DNA of 37,110 nucleotides from a virus (lineage: Duplodnaviria > Caudoviricetes), in IMG/VR virus record IMGVR_UViG_3300016484_000628, positions 1 to 37,110 of that record, one strand, 5' to 3'. The translations under genes were made by a program, and so were the position numbers. Below, piece by piece: positions 7,988 to 16,187 of the stretch. The notes under the pieces are model-generated. The model did not search any database and was not told the origin of the DNA. It saw nothing but the letters and a program-made list of their open reading frames with translations. Positions within the stretch are counted from its first letter, which is position 1. Every line of letters starts with the position of its first letter.

Positions 7988-8064
7988 GCTGTGCGATTGT
8001 TCGCGTCGCGTAAGGGGTGCAAGGCCGGGCTGGGGAGCGCGGCCGCGACGTGAGGCCATCTGCC

Positions 8065-8262
8065 GTGTGCACCAGCAAGCCCAAGCCGCCGCCGCCGGTC
8101 AATCCGCCGCCCCCGCCCCAGTCCGCCGAGGTCGACAAGCAGGTGATCGACGCGCGTGATCGCGAGCGGCGCCGCGCGCAGGGCCGCAACGGCCGCCAGT
8201 CGACCATGCTCGCCGGGGATTCGACGCCCACGGCGCAGTCCAAGACCCTGCTGGGAAGCTGA
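8065..8262 (+). CDS. small pre-portal virion protein (MCTSKPKPPPP...KTLLG)
   Basis: GTG after GAGG; 'MC..P..P' start and 'KTLLG' end typical of the gene preceding podophage portals. Confidence 0.8.
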   Translation: MCTSKPKPPPPVNPPPPPQSAEVDKQVIDARDRERRRAQGRNGRQSTMLAGDSTPTAQSKTLLGS

Positions 8263-8264
8263 CC

Positions 8265-8324
8265 ATGCGCCGCACCCCGCTGTTCGTCGCCATCCGCCTG
8301 GCCCTGTTCGGCCACTACCGCTGA
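8265..8324 (+). CDS. candidate 19-aa micropeptide MRRTPLFVAIRLALFGHYR
   Basis: TGACCATG junction; exactly fills the gap before the portal. Confidence 0.4.
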   Translation: MRRTPLFVAIRLALFGHYR

Positions 8325-8328
8325 GCTC

Positions 8329-10101
8329 ATGCCGATGGCTGACAGCCGCGCCCCAGACAAGATGCCCGAGATGACCGAATCGCGCCGGAAGCGGTGCGAG
8401 CGGCGCCTGGTGCAGCTGCAGAACGAGCGCGACGGCGGCGGCTGGATCACGCACTGGCGCGAGCTGGCGGACTTCTTCATGCCGCGCCGCGGCCGGCTCA
8501 CGCTGTCCGGCCAGGGTGCCTCGCAGCAGATGAACCGCGGCGAGAAGCGGCACAACAAGATCATCGACGGCACGCCCATCAGCGCGCGCGAGACGCTGAG
8601 CGCGGGCATGATGGCCGGCATCACCTCGCCGGCGCGGCCGTGGTTCCGCAACACCGTGGCGGACCCCGAGCTGCGCGAGCTGCAGGACGTGAAGGAATGG
8701 CTCGCCGACGTGGACCGCAACATGCGGGACGTGCTGGCGAGGTCCAACTTCTACGAGTCGGCGCACGCGTTCTACGACGAGATCGGCACGTTCGGCACGG
8801 CCGTCATGCTGGCCGACGAGGACCCCGACGACGTGGTGGTGTTCCGCACGCTGACGGTGGGCGAGTACCTGCTGGGCCTGGACTCCAAGAGCCGCGTGGA
8901 CACGCTGTACCGCGAGTTCCGCATGACGGTGCGCCAGCTGGTGCAGGAGTTCGGCTGGGACGCTGTGTCGGATGCGGTCCGCAATCAGTACGGCAACGGC
9001 AACGTCGAGGCGTGGATTGACGTGGTGCACGTCATCGAGCCCAACGAGGAGCGCGACGTGCGCCGCGCAGACTACCGCGGCATGGCCTACCGGTCGACGT
9101 ACTACGAGCGCGGCAAGTCCGAGGTCAACAAGGACGCGCTGCTGCGCGAGTCCGGGTTCCGCGAGTGCCCGATCCTTGCCGCGCGCTGGTCCGTGCTGGG
9201 TGGCGACACCTACGGCACCTCGCCGGCGATGAACGCGCTGGGCGATGCCAAGGCGCTGCAGATCCAGGAGCGGCGCAAGGCGCTGGCCATCGACAAGTTC
9301 GTGGACCCGCCGCTGAACGTGCCGGTCGAGATGCGCACGTGGGGCGTCTCGTCCATCCCGGGCGGCGTCAACTACTACTCGCAGGCGACGGGAACGCGGC
9401 CGGGGATCACGCCGGCGTACGAGGGCAACCCGACGATGCTGACGCCGCTGCTCGAGGACGAAGGGCAGCTGCGCGACCGTATCAACCGGTTCATGTACGC
9501 GGACCTGTTCCTGATGCTGGCCAACTCGGACCGCCGCCAGATCACGGCGCGCGAGATCGAGGAGCGGCACGAGGAGAAGCTGCTGATGCTCGGCCCGGTG
9601 CTGGAACGGCTCAATTCGGAGTTCCTGAACCGGCTGATCGACCGCCTGTTCGGCATCATGCTGCGCCGCGGCCTGATCCCGCCGGCGCCAGAGGCGCTGC
9701 AGGGCGTCGCGCTCAAGACCGAGTACATCTCGGTGCTGGCCCAGGCGCAGAAGCAGGTCGCGCTGGCCGGCGTCGACGCGTTCCTGGGGCGCGTTGGCCA
9801 GATGGCCGAAGCCTGGCCGCGCGTGCTGGACAAGGTGGACCCGGATCAGGTGGTGGACGAGGTGGCCGACATGCTCGGCGTGTCCCCGCGCATCGTGGTG
9901 CCGGACGACACCGTGGCCGCGAAGCGCGAGGCCGATGCGCAGCAGACGCAGATGCAGCAGGCCGCGGCGATGGCCAAACCGGTCGCCGACATCGCCGGCG
10001 CCATGACCAAGGCCGCGGGCACGCCGGCGGCTGAGGGCTCGGTGCTCGAGCGCATCGCGCCGGCGCTGGGCGCCGCGGGTGCGCAGCAGGGGGCCGCATG
10101 A
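8329..10101 (+). CDS. portal (head-to-tail connector)
   Basis: 590 aa; 'GITSPARPWF', 'YGTSPAM.ALGD', 'TA.EI.ER.EEKL.MLGPVLERL' motifs of T7/BPP-1-like portals. Confidence 0.95.
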   Translation: MPMADSRAPDKMPEMTESRRKRCERRLVQLQNERDGGGWITHWRELADFFMPRRGRLTLSGQGASQQMNRGEKRHNKIIDGTPISARETLSAGMMAGITSPARPWFRNTVADPELRELQDVKEWLADVDRNMRDVLARSNFYESAHAFYDEIGTFGTAVMLADEDPDDVVVFRTLTVGEYLLGLDSKSRVDTLYREFRMTVRQLVQEFGWDAVSDAVRNQYGNGNVEAWIDVVHVIEPNEERDVRRADYRGMAYRSTYYERGKSEVNKDALLRESGFRECPILAARWSVLGGDTYGTSPAMNALGDAKALQIQERRKALAIDKFVDPPLNVPVEMRTWGVSSIPGGVNYYSQATGTRPGITPAYEGNPTMLTPLLEDEGQLRDRINRFMYADLFLMLANSDRRQITAREIEERHEEKLLMLGPVLERLNSEFLNRLIDRLFGIMLRRGLIPPAPEALQGVALKTEYISVLAQAQKQVALAGVDAFLGRVGQMAEAWPRVLDKVDPDQVVDEVADMLGVSPRIVVPDDTVAAKREADAQQTQMQQAAAMAKPVADIAGAMTKAAGTPAAEGSVLERIAPALGAAGAQQGAA

Positions 10102-10418
10102 AAGAGCCGGTCCTGACCGAGCAGCAGAAGCAGCGGCTCGAGCAGCGGGCGAACGACCTGCGCGCGGTGATGGCCACCGCCGAGGGTCGCCGGTTCGTGT
10201 GGGACCTGCTGGGCGAGTGCGGCACGTTCCAACTGGGGTGGTCGCCGAGCGCGGAGATCCACCTGCGCGCCGGCATGCGGTCCGTCGGGCTGAGCCTGCT
10301 GGCCCGCGTGCACGTCGACTGCTTCAACGAGTATCAGGCGATGGAACGCGAAGCGCGCGATGCTGCTGAGCTCGAGCGTTTGAAGAACCTGACCAACAAC
10401 GAGCAAGAGGAATCCTGA
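10098..10418 (+). CDS. Bbp19-like conserved phage protein
   Basis: 'DLRAVM.T.EGRRFVW.LL'; located between portal and scaffold. Confidence 0.8.
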   Translation: MKEPVLTEQQKQRLEQRANDLRAVMATAEGRRFVWDLLGECGTFQLGWSPSAEIHLRAGMRSVGLSLLARVHVDCFNEYQAMEREARDAAELERLKNLTNNEQEES

Positions 10419-10419
10419 C

Positions 10420-11097
10420 ATGGCTGGCGAGAACGATGGCGCGCAGACCAACACCGAAGCGCCGGGCAGCTCCACGCAGCCGGTCGAGACTCCCGCGCAG
10501 GGCAGCGGCACCACGCTGCTGACCGGCGAGGGGAGCAAACCGGAAGGCGACAACACCGCAAACGACAAGGCCGGTGGCGAAGGCGACACGTCGAACGAGA
10601 ACGCGGGCAACGAAGGTGACGGCAAGGCCGATGCCGACAAGCCCGAGATCGAGTACGGCGAGTTCGCGTTGCCCGAAGGCATCACGCTGGACGAGCAGGC
10701 GCTTGGCCGGTTCACCCCGATCGCGAAAGAGCTCAGGCTGAATCAGGACCAGGCGCAGAAGTTCGTCTCGCTGTATGCCGAGATGCAGGCCGAGTCGCAG
10801 CAGCAGTTCGCCGACCAAGTAGCGCAGTGGGGCGAGGAGTCGCGCAATGACCAGGAGTTCGGTGGCGCCAAGTTCGATGAGAACCTGGCCGTGGCCGTGA
10901 CTGCGGTCAAGGCGTTCGGCACTCCCCAGCTGCTCGACCTGCTGACCAGTACCGGGCTCGGGAATCACCCCGAGATGATCCGCTTCTGTCGGCGCGTCGG
11001 GATGGCGCTCGGCGAGGATAAGACTGTCGCACCCGGCAATGGCGCCGGCCGCCAGCTGTCCCTCGAGGAGCGTCTGTACCCCAATCACAAGCCTTAA
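10420..11097 (+). CDS. capsid scaffolding/assembly protein
   Basis: Acidic disordered N-terminus; 'L.QDQAQK', 'GLGNHPE', C-terminal 'LYP'; precedes the capsid gene. Confidence 0.8.
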   Translation: MAGENDGAQTNTEAPGSSTQPVETPAQGSGTTLLTGEGSKPEGDNTANDKAGGEGDTSNENAGNEGDGKADADKPEIEYGEFALPEGITLDEQALGRFTPIAKELRLNQDQAQKFVSLYAEMQAESQQQFADQVAQWGEESRNDQEFGGAKFDENLAVAVTAVKAFGTPQLLDLLTSTGLGNHPEMIRFCRRVGMALGEDKTVAPGNGAGRQLSLEERLYPNHKP

Positions 11098-11109
11098 GGA
11101 GGCACGACA

Positions 11110-12108
11110 ATGGCAACTCTCGCCACCAACAACCCCACGCTCCTGGACGTGGCCAAGCGCATGGACCCGGATGGCAACATCTCGGCGATCGCCGAGCTGC
11201 TGTCCGAGGAGAACGAGATCCTGTACGACATGCCGTGGATCGAGGGCAACCTGCCCACCGGCCACCGTGTCACCGTCCGCACCGGCCTGCCGGAGGTCGC
11301 GTGGCGCAAGCTGAACAAGGGCGTCCCGCAGTCCAAGTCGACCACCGCGCAGATGGACGAGGCGTGTGGCATGCTCGAGGCGTTCGGTCAGGTCGACAAG
11401 GACCTCGCCGAGCTGAACGGCAACACCGCCGCGTTCCGCCTGTCGGAGAACATGGCGTTCATCGAGGCCATGAACAACAACATGGCGTCGACCCTGTTCT
11501 ACGGCGACACCGCCGTGAACCCGGAGCGCTTCCTGGGCCTGGCGCCGCGCTTCGCCGACGGCAACGGCCCGGCCAACGCGATCAACGTCATCGACGGCGG
11601 CGGCTCGAGCAACTGCACGTCGATCTGGCTGGTCGGCTGGGGCGCCAACACGGTGCACGGCATCTACCCGAAGGGCACCCGCGCCGGCCTGATCCACGAG
11701 GACCTGGGCCTGGACACCGTGTCGGACAGCGAGGGCAACAAGTACCGCGCGTACCAGGACCACTACCAGTGGAAGTGCGGCATGGCCGTGCGCGACTGGC
11801 GCTACATCGTGCGCATCGCCAACATCGACGTGACCGCGCTGACCAAGGGTGCGACCGCTGGCGCGGATCTGATCGACCTGCTGACCCGCGCGCTCGAGCG
11901 CATCCAGTCGCTCAACGGCGTGCGCCCGGCGTTCTACTGCAACCGCACCATCCGCTCGTTCCTCCGTCGCCAGACGGTGAACAAGACGGTCAACTCCACC
12001 CTCGAGTACGACACCGTGGCCGGCAAGCCGGCGCTGCGTTTCGCCGAGGTCCCGGTCCGCCGCGTCGATGCTCTGCTGAGCACCGAGTCGGCCGTGTCCT
12101 TCGCCTGA
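11110..12108 (+). CDS. major capsid protein
   Basis: 332 aa; strong AAGGAGG RBS; BPP-1-like motifs 'RTGLP...WR.LN.GV', 'DWRY..RIANID'. Confidence 0.92.
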   Translation: MATLATNNPTLLDVAKRMDPDGNISAIAELLSEENEILYDMPWIEGNLPTGHRVTVRTGLPEVAWRKLNKGVPQSKSTTAQMDEACGMLEAFGQVDKDLAELNGNTAAFRLSENMAFIEAMNNNMASTLFYGDTAVNPERFLGLAPRFADGNGPANAINVIDGGGSSNCTSIWLVGWGANTVHGIYPKGTRAGLIHEDLGLDTVSDSEGNKYRAYQDHYQWKCGMAVRDWRYIVRIANIDVTALTKGATAGADLIDLLTRALERIQSLNGVRPAFYCNRTIRSFLRRQTVNKTVNSTLEYDTVAGKPALRFAEVPVRRVDALLSTESAVSFA

Positions 12109-12126
12109 TCATAGGAGACAGCCAAC

Positions 12127-12591
12127 ATGATCATCGACGCTTTCAACGAGTTCTCGGCGGCGCAGGCCGTCACCTCGACCGCCATCTCGACCAACGTCAT
12201 CGACCTCGGCCCGGTCACCGACAACACCCTGCGCGACATCGGCACGGGCGAGGAGGTGTACCTGGTGGTCCAGACCAAGACGGCGGCCACCGACACCAGC
12301 TCGGACGCGACCCTCACGGTCACGCTCGAGTCGGATTCGACCGCGAACCTCGCCACCTCGGCCACGGTGCACTACTCGACCGGCGCGCTCGCCTTCGCGG
12401 CGTTCTCGCCGGCGGGCACCACGCTGGCGTGCATCCGTCTGCCGGCCGGCAATTACGAGCGGTACCTGGGCGTCCGCTACACCGTCGCCTCGGGTCCGCT
12501 CACTGCCGGCACCTTCGACGCGTTCCTGACCAAGGACGTGCAGAAGTGGCAGTCGTACGCCCGCCGCGGCAACCCGGCCACGACCGCCTGA
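12127..12591 (+). CDS. capsid cement/decoration protein (Bbp16-like)
   Basis: 'MIID...FS..QAVT.TA.STNVIDLG', 'RYLGVRYTV..GP.TAG'. Confidence 0.85.
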   Translation: MIIDAFNEFSAAQAVTSTAISTNVIDLGPVTDNTLRDIGTGEEVYLVVQTKTAATDTSSDATLTVTLESDSTANLATSATVHYSTGALAFAAFSPAGTTLACIRLPAGNYERYLGVRYTVASGPLTAGTFDAFLTKDVQKWQSYARRGNPATTA

Positions 12592-12605
12592 CGGGAGCCT
12601 GAGCC

Positions 12606-12866
12606 ATGACCATCAAGACCTACAGGCTCAAGCCGAACGCCCCCGAGCACTACGTCCAGGGCTACGGGATCATCCGTGCTGGCGCGACCTTCCAGCACGC
12701 CGGCCCGCCGATCTCTGGCTGGTGCGAGGAGGTGCAGGCGCCGGCCGAGGTCGAGAAGGCCAAGCCCGAGCGCAAGCGCAAGGACGAGCCCAAGCAGGCC
12801 GAGGACAAGGTGGAGGCGGCCCCGGCCGCCGACACCGAGCCCAAGGCCGACGATGGCGAGTTCTGA
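12606..12866 (+). CDS. hypothetical virion-module protein
   Basis: GGAG RBS; charged low-complexity C-terminus. Confidence 0.7.
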   Translation: MTIKTYRLKPNAPEHYVQGYGIIRAGATFQHAGPPISGWCEEVQAPAEVEKAKPERKRKDEPKQAEDKVEAAPAADTEPKADDGEF

Positions 12867-12870
12867 CCAC

Positions 12871-12900
12871 GACGGGGCTGGGTAACCAGCCCCGTCTCTA
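12871..12900 (+). terminator. strong hairpin (weak terminator or processing site) after the capsid genes
   Basis: 11-bp stem GACGGGGCTGG-gtaa-CCAGCCCCGTC; poor U-tract. Confidence 0.5.
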
Positions 12901-12912
12901 CGAGAGGCAAAC

Positions 12913-13188
12913 ATGGCCACCATCACCCTTTCCAACTTCAGCAACGACTCGGCGATCATCCCGTCCTTCCCGGGCGCCGCGGTCGCGATCACCCCGTCGG
13001 ATGCCGACTCGTTCTCGGTACCGGTGTCGGTGTACGTCGGTGTGACCGGCAACGTGGCAGTGCGCCCGGCAAACGGCGGAAGCGCGGTCACCTTCGTCGG
13101 CGTCCCCGCCGGCGCGGTCCTGCCGGTTCGTGTCATCGGCGTCAACTCGACCAGCACGACCGCCACCAACCTCGTCGCGGTGTACTGA
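12913..13188 (+). CDS. head-spike base protein (RcGTA Rcc01079-like)
   Basis: 'A.TPSD......VYVG..G.VAV.......VTF..VPAG..LPVRV..V....TTAT.LVA.Y' signature. Confidence 0.8.
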   Translation: MATITLSNFSNDSAIIPSFPGAAVAITPSDADSFSVPVSVYVGVTGNVAVRPANGGSAVTFVGVPAGAVLPVRVIGVNSTSTTATNLVAVY

Positions 13189-13190
13189 CC

Positions 13191-13868
13191 ATGCGCCTTG
13201 GGCTCGGGAACGCGTTGGCGGTCAAGCGGGCCGGAGGCGCTGTTTCCGGCGCCGGTGTGACCATCGTGGACAGCACGAAGGTCAACGCGATCAACACCAG
13301 CTTCGTGGTCAACAAGCCGGCTGGCGTACTGTCCGGCGACCTGTTGGTGTTCTTCATCTACTTCTCCAATCACACGCGAACGATCGGGTCTGTTCCTTCC
13401 GGGGCCGCGCAGTACCTTGCAAGCGTAGGCGCTAGCCTGGACACGATCTACGTGTACACGAAGGTCGCAGGCGGTTCCGAGCCGGCGAGCTACACGTTCA
13501 ACAACGACGGAATCAGCGACCGCGGCGCAGTGGTGTGCGTTGCGCTGCGCGGCGCTGTGTCGATCAACTCGGCATCGTCGGTTACCCGTAGCGCTGGCAC
13601 CGGTGCGACAACCACCTCGGCGTTTTCCGCGACGAAGGGCGGTGTGCAATTGGTCATGTTCTGCAGCGACGACTCGCGTGCCGCGCCCGTGGTGTCGTCC
13701 GCGCCGTCCGGATTTACCGAGCTCGAGTCGAACCTGGCTGCGTTCAATCATATGTGGGTAGGAGGGAAGGAGGGCGCAATCTCTGGCACCATCGCGAGCA
13801 CGTCTCTGACGTGGGACAACGGCGCGTCCGTAAACCGCACCAACGTGTGCCTGATCGCGAGCGCATGA
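13191..13868 (+). CDS. head-spike/fibre protein 1
   Basis: N-terminal MRLGLGNAL resembles the Rcc01080 anchor peptide; beta-rich body ('P.G...GDLLV', 'VYTKVA..SEP.SYTF'). Confidence 0.65.
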   Translation: MRLGLGNALAVKRAGGAVSGAGVTIVDSTKVNAINTSFVVNKPAGVLSGDLLVFFIYFSNHTRTIGSVPSGAAQYLASVGASLDTIYVYTKVAGGSEPASYTFNNDGISDRGAVVCVALRGAVSINSASSVTRSAGTGATTTSAFSATKGGVQLVMFCSDDSRAAPVVSSAPSGFTELESNLAAFNHMWVGGKEGAISGTIASTSLTWDNGASVNRTNVCLIASA

Positions 13869-13881
13869 GGGCGTGATCGTC

Positions 13882-14304
13882 ATGACGGCACTTGGCACCA
13901 GGTTGTGCTTGGGTTTTTTTGGCGCCAATGGCGCTGGATCTCCCGAGCTGATCATCAACGGCGGCTTCGCCACTGATACTGTGTGGACTAAGGGGGCGTC
14001 TTGGAGCATAAGCGGTGGTCGCGCAATACGTTCGGCCGACGTTGCTTCTGGAATTATTTTTCAGCCAATTGCCTTCGTGGCGGGGGCGACGTATCGGGTC
14101 GAGTTCACGGTTTTGAATTACGTGTCCGGCCTGTTCGCGGTTCGCTTCACAGGTGGAACAACGCGAACCGGAACCACGCGCACGGCCAATGGCACGTACT
14201 CGCAGGATCTTGTTGCCAATACTGGAAACGTAAATTTCGAGATCATCGCGGGCGGCGGAACGCAGGGCGATATTGATAACGTATCGATGAGGAGAATGTC
14301 GTGA
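13882..14304 (+). CDS. head-spike/fibre protein 2 with a carbohydrate-binding-like fold
   Basis: 'ALGTRLCLG' N-terminus; 'ELI.NG.F...W', 'G.TYRV.F', 'IDNVS' CBM4/9-like pattern; alternative start GTG 13873. Confidence 0.6.
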   Translation: MTALGTRLCLGFFGANGAGSPELIINGGFATDTVWTKGASWSISGGRAIRSADVASGIIFQPIAFVAGATYRVEFTVLNYVSGLFAVRFTGGTTRTGTTRTANGTYSQDLVANTGNVNFEIIAGGGTQGDIDNVSMRRMS

Positions 14305-14936
14305 CCAGTCAAGTGACGATCTGCAACATGGCGCTGGGCAACATCGGCATCACGCAGACGATCGAGAACATCAACGACAACAACGAGCGCGCGCGGGTGT
14401 GCAAGCTGTACTACGACACCATGCTGGCGCAGTTGCTTCGGAAGCACCGTCCGAATTTCGCGCAGTCAGTGGTGGCGCTGGCGCTGGTGAGCGGCGACGC
14501 GCCGCCTGGCTGGGCGTACCAGTACCGCTACCCGACCGACTGCCTGTTCGCGGACGAGCTGACCGACGAGGACGGCGCGCGGATCCGCACCGAGAATTAC
14601 GACCCGTCCGCCGTGGTCATCGAGCCGCGCATCCCGTTCGAGGTGCGCGCCGACCCCACGTCGACCGGCCGAATCATCGTGACTGACCTCGAGGACGCAT
14701 ACCTGTGGTACACGAAGCGGATCACCGACCCCAATCAGTTCGACCCCGAGTTCGTCATGGGCTTCTCGTGGGCGCTGGCCGCGGCGATTGCCATGCCGCT
14801 CAAGGTCGCCCCGAACGTGGCCAACTACGCGCGCAACATGGCGCAGGCGATGGCGGGCGAGGCGCAGACCGGCTCGCTGTCCGAGGCCGAGCGGCTGGAC
14901 GACCGCATGTCGCCGTCGATCAGCGGGAGGGCCTGA
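14301..14936 (+). CDS. tail tubular protein A / adaptor
   Basis: 'ICNMAL..IG', 'W.YQYRYP.DCL', 'FDP.F.......LA'. Confidence 0.85.
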   Translation: MTSQVTICNMALGNIGITQTIENINDNNERARVCKLYYDTMLAQLLRKHRPNFAQSVVALALVSGDAPPGWAYQYRYPTDCLFADELTDEDGARIRTENYDPSAVVIEPRIPFEVRADPTSTGRIIVTDLEDAYLWYTKRITDPNQFDPEFVMGFSWALAAAIAMPLKVAPNVANYARNMAQAMAGEAQTGSLSEAERLDDRMSPSISGRA

Positions 14937-14938
14937 CC

Positions 14939-15019
14939 ATGCTCGAGGTGGCCCTGTGGACGGTGGTTATCGCGATCGCCTGGGCGATCATCGCGATGCC
15001 GCGCAGCCGGAAGCACTGA
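14939..15019 (+). CDS. 26-aa single-TM micropeptide MLEVALWTVVIAIAWAIIAMPRSRKH
   Basis: GGGAGG RBS, TGACCATG junction, hydrophobic core with a basic tail. Confidence 0.55.
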   Translation: MLEVALWTVVIAIAWAIIAMPRSRKH

Positions 15020-15020
15020 C

Positions 15021-16178
15021 ATGCCGAACCTGATCCAGCCAAGTTTCGCTGGCGGTGAAATCTCGCCGTCCCTGTACGGTCGCGTCGACATCGCGCGCTA
15101 CGGCACGTCGCTCAAGCGCTGCAAGAATTTCATCGTGCGCCCGTACGGCGGCGTCGACAACCGGCCGGGCCTGCGGTTCGTGGTGGAGTCCAAGGATTCG
15201 ACCAAGCCGGCCCGGCTGATCCCGTTCGAGGTATCCTCGGAAATCAGCTACGTCATCGAGCTTGGCCACCTGTACATGCGGTTCATCTTCCGCGGCGCGC
15301 AGGTGGAGTCCGGCGGCACGCCGGTCGAGGTGACGAGCCCGTGGACCGAGGACGAGATTTGGGACGTGAAGTTCACCCAGTCCGCCGACGTGATGTACCT
15401 GGTGCACGGAAGTCACGCGCCGCGCGAGCTGCGCCGCCTGACGGCCACATCGTTCGAGCTGCGCGAGTTCACGCCGCGCAACGGGCCGTTCCGCGCGATC
15501 AACGCGGACGAGGCGTTGAAGGTCACCGCGAGCGCGGTCGAGGGCGAGGTCACCGTTGAGGCCAATTTCGACTTGTTCACGGCGAATATGGTTGGCACGC
15601 TGATCTACATGGAGGCGAAGGACCTGACGCAGACGCGGCCGTGGGAGCCTGGCGAGCGCAACATCGTGCTGAGCATCCAGCGGCGGTCCGACGGGAAGAC
15701 CTACCGAGTGAGCGCGATCCCGTCGGGTACGCCCACGTGGAAGCAGACCGGCGCGAGCAAGCCCGTGCATGAGTTCGGCAAGGTTTGGGACGGCCCGGGG
15801 GACACGCGCTCGTCGGGCACCGACACGTACACGACCGGCGTCGAATGGGAGTACCTGCACTCGGGCTACGGCATCGTGCAGATCACCGAGTACGTGAGCC
15901 CGACCGAGGTTGTCGGCATCGTGACTAAGCGGCTCCCGGATTCGGTGGTGGGCGGCACGGTCGCGCCGACGACGACGTGGAATTTCGTGGGCGACGGCAC
16001 GACCAAGCAGTTCACCATCACGGGGGCAACGTCGCTCAGCCAGTCGGATTACGCTGTCACGATCGATGGCGTGCCGATCCAGCCCAACCCGTTCTACGAG
16101 AGCCCGCCCGGCACCGGCGGCGGCGAGCGGCCCGGTGGCGGATGGACCGGTGGCGGCGGCGGCAGTTACGTACCATAA
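15021..16178 (+). CDS. tail tubular protein B / nozzle, N-terminal part
   Basis: 'QPSFAGGEISP.LYGR.D...Y', 'NRPG', 'TQSADV', 'WEYLHSGYG'. Confidence 0.85.
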   Translation: MPNLIQPSFAGGEISPSLYGRVDIARYGTSLKRCKNFIVRPYGGVDNRPGLRFVVESKDSTKPARLIPFEVSSEISYVIELGHLYMRFIFRGAQVESGGTPVEVTSPWTEDEIWDVKFTQSADVMYLVHGSHAPRELRRLTATSFELREFTPRNGPFRAINADEALKVTASAVEGEVTVEANFDLFTANMVGTLIYMEAKDLTQTRPWEPGERNIVLSIQRRSDGKTYRVSAIPSGTPTWKQTGASKPVHEFGKVWDGPGDTRSSGTDTYTTGVEWEYLHSGYGIVQITEYVSPTEVVGIVTKRLPDSVVGGTVAPTTTWNFVGDGTTKQFTITGATSLSQSDYAVTIDGVPIQPNPFYESPPGTGGGERPGGGWTGGGGGSYVP

Positions 16179-16187
16179 GGAGGAGCC

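Noticed and set aside
13911-13920. G GGT TTT TTT slippery site or phase-variable T7 run in spike gene 2
   Set aside because: The -1 frame closes after about 19 codons; a T7 run is short and simply encodes Gly-Phe-Phe.
16176-16178. Genome-wide stop-codon reassignment
   Set aside because: All other genes are intact under the standard code, and TAA ends several genuine genes.
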